NCBI GenBank assembly: GCA_043732185.1
Contig: JAYTHY010000092.1
Location: forward strand, 1 to 64,000
Direction of reading: 5' to 3'
Origin: Fibrobacteria bacterium
Lineage (GTDB): Bacteria > Fibrobacterota > Fibrobacteria > UBA11236
DNA: 64,000 bases
Below are positions 57,700-64,000 of this stretch, piece after piece; within the stretch, counting starts at the first letter, position 1; each line of letters starts with the position of its first letter. The notes beneath the pieces are model-generated. The model saw only the letters and a list, made by a program, of their open reading frames with translations. It was not told the origin of the DNA and ran no database searches. The translations under genes and the position numbers were made by a program.

Positions 57700-58815
57700 C
57701 TAGGAGTGAGCTAATAGGGGCAGCACCGCCGCCCGCAATGCACTTTCTAAATCATATTCCAGAATCCGTGGAAAACCGGTTTGTAAGGCAGAAAGGTATT
57801 TTTGTCTTTCGGAGGGTATGGTCCAAAGTTTTTCCATGGCCTCGGCCAATTGATTAGTATTGGAACAGTCTACGGCCAAAGCGAACCCCGAAGCAAATTC
57901 AGCTTGACTGGAATCACCGTGGTAGATGGCTGGTCGGCCCAATGCCAACGCTTCAAACAGTGGCAGCCCCCATCCTTCATAAAGTGAACTAGAAATGAAT
58001 AACGTGCAATGAGCCACGTAGGCATTTCGATCGGCATCGGAAAGGTATCCGGTAAAATAAATAGAATCTGCAATTCCAAATTGTGTGACAGCCGCCCACG
58101 CATCAGGAAAACCCCAAGCCTTATGCCCTACAATATACAGGGGGGGCGTGTCCGGGTGCTTTTTTTTGAGCGTCGCGTATGCTGCTATTAAGCCAGGAAA
58201 GTTTTTGCGAGGTTCGACATTTCCCACTGCAAGGAAATAGCTTCCGTTGGGAAAAAGGCTGCTTTCCAGTAGCCCGGCGTCCGCCGAATTATAATTGCTA
58301 AACCAATCCAAATGAATAGGCCGCACCACCTCAATCCGATTTGGAAGAATGCCTAATATATTGTTTATGCGTTTTTTTGTGAATGCGGCATTGGTTAAAA
58401 TAAGATTGGCCTTTTGTGGCATGCGTCGCAGCCAATTGCGATTGGCTTTGTCCCGACTGGACATGGGGAAAGCGGTGGCTTCCAAAGGTCCCACATCGGC
58501 AATTAAAAGTCCATATTGCGCCGGGGGGCGGTAAAGCGGCAGAGTCCAACCCAGACAGAGCACAGCTTTTGGCTGCAATTTTCTAATCAGCCAGGGAAAT
58601 GCAGTCTGCGTCCAGAGCCGCATGGGACGGGGCTGAACTTGGATGGGAAGGCAATGAGGGCCGACGTTGAAATCGGAATCAGTAGGGACGATTACTTTGA
58701 TATCCGCATAATCGGCCAAACCTTTTAGACCATGAACAAACATTCGGACAAGTTTGCCAAGGCCGGAATCGTTTCGCGTCGCCAAGGCTTCGACTAAAAG
58801 TAAAGGACGCGTCAT
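57700..58815 (-). CDS. GT4 glycosyltransferase (group 1)
   Basis: VGNVEPRKN, FTGYLSD, SLYEGWGLPLFEA (EX7E). Confidence 0.92.
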   Translation of the reverse strand: MTRPLLLVEALATRNDSGLGKLVRMFVHGLKGLADYADIKVIVPTDSDFNVGPHCLPIQVQPRPMRLWTQTAFPWLIRKLQPKAVLCLGWTLPLYRPPAQYGLLIADVGPLEATAFPMSSRDKANRNWLRRMPQKANLILTNAAFTKKRINNILGILPNRIEVVRPIHLDWFSNYNSADAGLLESSLFPNGSYFLAVGNVEPRKNFPGLIAAYATLKKKHPDTPPLYIVGHKAWGFPDAWAAVTQFGIADSIYFTGYLSDADRNAYVAHCTLFISSSLYEGWGLPLFEALALGRPAIYHGDSSQAEFASGFALAVDCSNTNQLAEAMEKLWTIPSERQKYLSALQTGFPRILEYDLESALRAAVLPLLAHS

Positions 58816-59063
58816 GTTGCCCTTAAATCCATCGCTGATGCGGGTCTTAAACGCCGAAAACCAACTGTGACAAGTCGCCCATAGGTCCTGGCAAAGTGTA
58901 ACAGTGAAATCCCTCCGGACGGATTCCCTTCGCAGAAATGGAATTGGAAGACATTCACGTAGGGCATACCTGTTTAGGATACTATAATTATTTACTGAAT
59001 GTTTATGTACTCCTTACCCAGCCAGCCACTCGCCGAGATTCGATCCATTCAACGGTGTGGCAT

Positions 59064-60302
59064 ATGCCAATGGGTGGCAATTTGATCTACCGCGGCCGCT
59101 ACTTGCTGTCCATGCTTGGCCCGCCCATACCTTGGGGCTGCCTGCGGATACATGAGGATCGAGTGATCCAAGTCGGCACGTTGGACGAATTGTCGTATTC
59201 CCCCGGCGAAAATATCCGGGATTTTCCCGACGCCGTGCTCATGCCGGGCTTGATCAATGCCCATTGTCATTTGGAACTGGGAATGGCACGAGGGGTTTTG
59301 CCGCGTGGCGAGCCTTTTCCAAAATGGGTTTCACGACTTAGAAAAGCGCTGGAGGGCACGCAGCAGAATCAGTTCTCGGAGGCAACCCGACTGGGCATTC
59401 TAGAGTGTCTGAAGAACGGTACGACCACTCTAATCGACGTAGGGAACTCCGGCCAGGCCCTGGTGGAGTTGGCATCCTTGCCTATCCGCTCCTTCCCTTA
59501 TTTGGAGTTGATTGGCCTTGATCCGGCGCTTGCTTCTGAACGTTTTCTCCAGGCTAAAGCGAAGCTTGCTTCCCTGCCTGCCCCAACGGATCTTTATCAC
59601 CCGGGCCTGACCTGTCATGCGCCTTATTCTTGCTCCATTGAATTGCTGCGACAGATCTCCACTAACCACGGACTGCGTCAGGGGCCGTATACCTTGCATG
59701 TTGCCGAAAGCGCCGAGGAAATGGCCATGTTTGCAACCGGTCAAGGCGCCTTAATGGACTTTTGCCGGCGCATATTTCCGGCGCTACAATTTGAAGAACT
59801 TTCCAGCCCCATCCACTTTCTAAAACGCAATGGGCTTATCCCGAGGGGAGCATTATTCGCCCATTGCAATTATGCCGATCAGGCCGATGTCCAAATCCTA
59901 GCGGATCTGGAAACCTCAGTTGTCCACTGTCCCCGAAGCAAGGCTTTTTTCAACCATGCAGGTTTTCCACTGGAACTGTTTCGCGAGGCTGGGGTGAATC
60001 TTTGCTTAGGTACGGACAGCCTGGCCTCAAATGACGGTTTGAATGTATTCGACGAAATGGCGGAATTGCACAGGAATGCTCCCAACCTTTCGTGCCAGGA
60101 AATTCTTTCCATGGCTACGCTAAACGGGGCCAGAGCCTTAGGACGATCCGGTGAACTTGGATGCCTTCAAGCCGGGTCCCGCGCCGATTTCATCGCCATC
60201 GGACTCCGCCATCATCCTGAATATGACATCTACGAAGAAATAGTGAGCGAAGCGCATGATATACTGTTTGTTTGTGTAGGCGGTGAAGAGGTTGTTTCGT
60301 GA
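59064..60302 (+). CDS. Amidohydrolase-family deaminase (aminodeoxyfutalosine/MTA-deaminase-like)
   Basis: PGLINAHCHLE, HAPYS, HVAES.EE, HCPRS, GTDSLASN; start placed at ATG 59064. Confidence 0.85.
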   Translation: MPMGGNLIYRGRYLLSMLGPPIPWGCLRIHEDRVIQVGTLDELSYSPGENIRDFPDAVLMPGLINAHCHLELGMARGVLPRGEPFPKWVSRLRKALEGTQQNQFSEATRLGILECLKNGTTTLIDVGNSGQALVELASLPIRSFPYLELIGLDPALASERFLQAKAKLASLPAPTDLYHPGLTCHAPYSCSIELLRQISTNHGLRQGPYTLHVAESAEEMAMFATGQGALMDFCRRIFPALQFEELSSPIHFLKRNGLIPRGALFAHCNYADQADVQILADLETSVVHCPRSKAFFNHAGFPLELFREAGVNLCLGTDSLASNDGLNVFDEMAELHRNAPNLSCQEILSMATLNGARALGRSGELGCLQAGSRADFIAIGLRHHPEYDIYEEIVSEAHDILFVCVGGEEVVS

Positions 60303-61588
60303 AAACAGGCTATCTTAAAATCATGCGATTGAAAAGGATTCTGGTCTTTCTAATTCTCACCAACCTATTTGCATTTGTGAATGCCGATCGCCTGCTCATA
60401 CCCATGGACCTTGCACAGACCAATCATCTCAAAGCCTATGGAATTGCGTATCTATCCGTGGCCGGTGGACATCCCGTGGAATGGCTGCTCAACTACCGCG
60501 GCGGAAGCTTTCTGCTGGAAGACCTCCCTACCGTAAAACGCGAAGCGGCCAAGCGGGGCGTTTTGTTTGAAACCCTCAGTGATGAGGATGTGGATCGCGC
60601 TTATACAGAAATTGATGCTGGAAATATGGATAAGGTTCTGCTCGAAAAAGCGCCTCGCATCGCCGTCTACACTCCCCTGACCAAGCAGCCTTGGGACGAT
60701 GCCGTGACCTTGGCAATGACCTATTCCGAAATACCTTACACCAAGATTTATGACAAGGAAATCATTGAGGGCAAACTTTCAGAATACGATTGGCTGCATT
60801 TGCATCACGAGGATTTTACCGGCCAATATTCAAAATTCTTTTCTTCTTTCCGGTCTGCGCCTTGGTATGTCAATCAGGTGGCCTCCAGTGAAAAGCTTGC
60901 TGTGGACTTGGGTTTTCGCAATAACGTCATGCTTAAAAAGGCTGTGGCATTATCCATCCGAAATTTTGTTGAAAAAGGAGGATTCCTTTTTGCCATGTGC
61001 CTGGCCTGCAATACCCTGGACATCGCTTTGGCCACTTCCAAAACCGATGGCGTGGACGCCCTATTTGATGGAACACCTCCGAGTCCCAATCTCGCTAAGG
61101 AATTAGATTACTCTCTCTCCCTAGCCTTCACGGGTTTTACAGTTGATGCGGATCCTATGTCCCCGACCCATGGCGATATCGATTACAACCAGGTAAACGC
61201 TGGACCCTTAAAAAGAAAACCAGCCAATGATTTCGTTCTATTTGATTTCGCTCCCAAATACGATCCCGTCCCCGCCATGCTGTGCCAAAATCATACCGAT
61301 TTGATCAAAGGGTTTTTCGGACTCGCAACATCCTTTCCCAACGATAAGATTAAAAAGTCCATTACTATTCTGGGGCAAGCCAACGGCCAAAATGCCGTGC
61401 GCTATTTGCATGGTAATTTAGGACAAGGCCAATTCACCTATTATGGTGGTCATGATCCGGAAGACTATTCACATGCCGTAGGCGATCGTCCTACCGATTT
61501 AAGCCTGTGCAAAAACTCTCCCGGTTATCGTCTCATTCTCAACAATATTCTCTACCCCGCTGCCCGACAGAAAAAACGCAAAACATGA
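60299..61588 (+). CDS. Conserved exported FCB-group protein (family often labelled 'asparagine synthetase B'; no synthetase motifs seen)
   Basis: Signal peptide; LIPMD..QTNHLKAYG, WLLNYRGGSF, PWDDAVT, WLHLHHEDFTGQY, GGHDPEDY, SPGYRLILNNIL.PAA. Confidence 0.8.
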   Translation: MKTGYLKIMRLKRILVFLILTNLFAFVNADRLLIPMDLAQTNHLKAYGIAYLSVAGGHPVEWLLNYRGGSFLLEDLPTVKREAAKRGVLFETLSDEDVDRAYTEIDAGNMDKVLLEKAPRIAVYTPLTKQPWDDAVTLAMTYSEIPYTKIYDKEIIEGKLSEYDWLHLHHEDFTGQYSKFFSSFRSAPWYVNQVASSEKLAVDLGFRNNVMLKKAVALSIRNFVEKGGFLFAMCLACNTLDIALATSKTDGVDALFDGTPPSPNLAKELDYSLSLAFTGFTVDADPMSPTHGDIDYNQVNAGPLKRKPANDFVLFDFAPKYDPVPAMLCQNHTDLIKGFFGLATSFPNDKIKKSITILGQANGQNAVRYLHGNLGQGQFTYYGGHDPEDYSHAVGDRPTDLSLCKNSPGYRLILNNILYPAARQKKRKT

Positions 61589-61600
61589 TCCGCTTTCAGA

Positions 61601-62752
61601 ATGGCTGAAATGCATAGCCCGCTGCGCCGGGAAGACCTTCAGGATTTTTTCGCAAGTAAGCCCCGCATTCTTGAATGGGGTATTGCTAAAGCGGGTAAGA
61701 CGCCAAACGCCGATAAATTGCAAAACTGGATCAGCCAAGGCCATCATGGAAAACTGACCTACATGGAAACTAGGCTACAGGAACGCATGAATCCTCAAGC
61801 CTTTCATCCCTGGGCAAAGTCCGTGGTGATCTTTAGTTTTCCCTACGCCCGCGCATTGGGCGACGGCAACTTCAAACCGATTCCTGGCGAGGCAAACGGT
61901 CCTCGCTACCGCGTCGCAGCTTATGCCGGTGCGAGGGATTATCATGATGAAGCGCGGGCTATTCTTAAGGAAGCCGAAGCGTTCCTCAAAATACGCACCA
62001 GCCATCCCGACCTCAAGTTTTATGGATTCGTGGATACTGCGCCAATTTTTGAACGCGATTTAGCCACAGAAGCCGGCCTAGGATGGCGAGGAAAAAATTG
62101 TTGCACATTAAGCAGAGAACACGGTTCTGCATTCCATTTAGCTGGCTTCCTGCTCGATGCGGAATTGCCAGTGGCTACGCCAAGCCAAGAATTTTGCGGC
62201 GGTTGCACACGCTGTTTGGACGAATGTCCCACCGACGCATTTATGGGGCCTGGACACCTGGACGCGACTAAATGCATTTCCTATTGGACCATCGAAGCCA
62301 AATCGGAACCGCCGGCGGAGCTCACGCCAAAATTTGGAAGTTGGATTTTTGGCTGCGATGTTTGCCAGGACGTTTGCCCGTGGAATCAAAAAGCTGCGCG
62401 TGATAAAGCGGTTGCTGAACGATCGCTGCACCTCTCGAACACGGACATAGATGATGAAGATGGAATGTTTCCAGAGGATGGTCTCGCATGGTTACGACTC
62501 CTTCGTAAGGGCGGCGGCTTGCAGAGCCGTTTCCGGCACAGTCCTTTACTACGCGCCGGTCGAAAAAGTTTGCTCCGAAATCTAGCTGTGGCAGCGGGGA
62601 ATTTGCGTGACCTATCTCTTTTGAAACCACTACAAGAGCTGCTTCCCCAAGAAGAGGACCCGGCCGTTCGAAAGGAAATCGAAAAGGCTATTTTAACATT
62701 TTTGACTCTTCCGGAATCCGGAGCGGACTCCGAGGCTATTCCAGGCCGGTAA
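61601..62752 (+). CDS. queG: Epoxyqueuosine reductase
   Basis: DYH, VDTAPIFER, AGLGWRGKN, CGGCTRCLDECPT, CISYWTIE, GCDVCQDVCPWN. Confidence 0.95.
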   Translation: MAEMHSPLRREDLQDFFASKPRILEWGIAKAGKTPNADKLQNWISQGHHGKLTYMETRLQERMNPQAFHPWAKSVVIFSFPYARALGDGNFKPIPGEANGPRYRVAAYAGARDYHDEARAILKEAEAFLKIRTSHPDLKFYGFVDTAPIFERDLATEAGLGWRGKNCCTLSREHGSAFHLAGFLLDAELPVATPSQEFCGGCTRCLDECPTDAFMGPGHLDATKCISYWTIEAKSEPPAELTPKFGSWIFGCDVCQDVCPWNQKAARDKAVAERSLHLSNTDIDDEDGMFPEDGLAWLRLLRKGGGLQSRFRHSPLLRAGRKSLLRNLAVAAGNLRDLSLLKPLQELLPQEEDPAVRKEIEKAILTFLTLPESGADSEAIPGR

Positions 62753-62859
62753 TTGCTGCCAATTGACGCCTCTTAGCCAAAACCGGTGTCGAATTTGGCA
62801 CCAAAGCAAGGGCAACTTGAGTACATTATTGGTTCAGCATCAACCGAGGTGGGAAAAGA

Positions 62860-64000
62860 ATGTTAAAGGAAATTCTAACTTTTAAACGGCTTTTGATTTC
62901 AACGTTGCTTTTAGCCAGCACCTCGATTTACAGCCAGACTTTGCCAGTAAGTTGGGCGCCCTTCTACGATACAGCATTCGTCAACTTCCGAAAAGCGAGA
63001 GTGATTGAAATCTGGATGGGTGAAGTACCCGGAAAAACCCAATATTTCTGGGTGTTGGGCCAAGAGGGGACGCTTTGGTCCCTGTATCCGACCAGCACGA
63101 CTAACGCAATGAAATATGAGAAAAAACCATTGTTCAACATCAGCGCTCGGGTGCCCTTGCAGCTCAGTTCTGAATATGGATCCTATGACGTCGCTTTTCA
63201 TCCGGATTTTATAAAAAACAAAAAGTTTTATGTGCTAACTATGGTTTACCGCGACCTTAATAATAAATCGTGGTCTCAAAGTGATCTCGTACTGGAAGAA
63301 TGGCAAGCCAAAGGTGCACTCTCAGACACGGTAACCTTTACCAAAGAAATTATGCGCATACCGCATGCTTCGGAATCTTTCGGGACGTCCTCAATGCTAT
63401 TCGGTGCAGATGGATATCTTTATTTATCGGTTTCCGATTATTACAAAAATGGCTGGGACTTGAAGGATCTAGGTCGAAAGGTATTGCGCATCGATGTCAA
63501 CAAGAAAGATGCCGGAAAGGAATACGGCATTCCTAGCGACAACCCCTACGCCAGCAATCCCAGTGATACCATTCGCAAAGAAATTTGGGCTTCCGGTTTC
63601 CGCAACGGCTGGTCAATGACTTTAGCCCCTAATGGCGATTTGTGGTTGGGTGATGTCGGCCAATGGCAGAATGAAGAAATCAACTTAGTGAAACCAGGAC
63701 TTAATTATGGTTGGCGCGATGGCGGGGATGCATGGGACCAAGTAAAGGTGACCTGGAAAGCCCAATACGGACTGGATTGGGCCGATCAGAGCAGAGGATT
63801 CGAAGGATTTTGTGCAGATAGACTATCCTATGGGAATGCAGCTGCGCTTCCTGGCCTGAATTGCAGCAATTTCAAAGACCCCATGTGGCGCTTCAAGAAT
63901 CGCGTAGCCGTTCCTTTTCATATCGATTGTGTTATAGTGGGGCCGGTGATCAATGGTAAATCGACTGATCCATTGTACGGGAAACTCATGTTTGCTGATA
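62860..64000 (+). CDS. Exported PQQ-dependent sugar dehydrogenase-like beta-propeller (partial; absent from ORF track because it has no stop in the window)
   Basis: Manual translation from ATG 62860: signal peptide, AFHPDF, FGADGYLY, KVLRIDV, YGIPSDNPY, EIWASGFRNGW, GDVGQ, EEIN, NYGW. Confidence 0.88.
   Translation, partial: MLKEILTFKRLLISTLLLASTSIYSQTLPVSWAPFYDTAFVNFRKARVIEIWMGEVPGKTQYFWVLGQEGTLWSLYPTSTTNAMKYEKKPLFNISARVPLQLSSEYGSYDVAFHPDFIKNKKFYVLTMVYRDLNNKSWSQSDLVLEEWQAKGALSDTVTFTKEIMRIPHASESFGTSSMLFGADGYLYLSVSDYYKNGWDLKDLGRKVLRIDVNKKDAGKEYGIPSDNPYASNPSDTIRKEIWASGFRNGWSMTLAPNGDLWLGDVGQWQNEEINLVKPGLNYGWRDGGDAWDQVKVTWKAQYGLDWADQSRGFEGFCADRLSYGNAAALPGLNCSNFKDPMWRFKNRVAVPFHIDCVIVGPVINGKSTDPLYGKLMFAD

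Noticed and set aside
62911..63536. Short ORFs 62911..63201 and 63300..63536
   Set aside because: They overlap the real frame starting at 62860, which runs off the window.

Overview
Mostly core chromosome of a diderm bacterium. It is probably Fibrobacterota (FCB group), inferred from a TIGR02147/DUF4423 gene, PorV/FadL-like barrels and lipoproteins. About 57 CDS and one tRNA-Arg(ACG) are supported, plus what appears to be the right end of an IS66-family element at 1-96. Housekeeping genes: proS, PBP1A, thrC, proC, rho, folK fused to a deoxynucleoside kinase domain, panC, serC, queF, hisS, surE, gyrA, zwf, ung, folB, queG. Best candidate for an undescribed system: a tightly overlapped minus-strand pterin operon (LON-N protein > HAD-Nudix fusion > FolB > pteridine-reductase-like SDR > cytoplasmic GH84 beta-N-acetylglucosaminidase). 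The fusion could supply both dephosphorylation steps before FolB, and the GH84 could salvage pterin-GlcNAc glycosides. Other notable items: a FecR-like protein split by eight 16-aa repeats; a membrane pseudokinase; a STAS-TM-PEGA protein that seems to need a non-canonical (ATC) start, divergent from a Zn-ribbon-STAS gene; and a DUF4912 protein with a histone-like tail coupled to a GH57 branching enzyme. All family calls come from motif recognition by eye; no searches were run.
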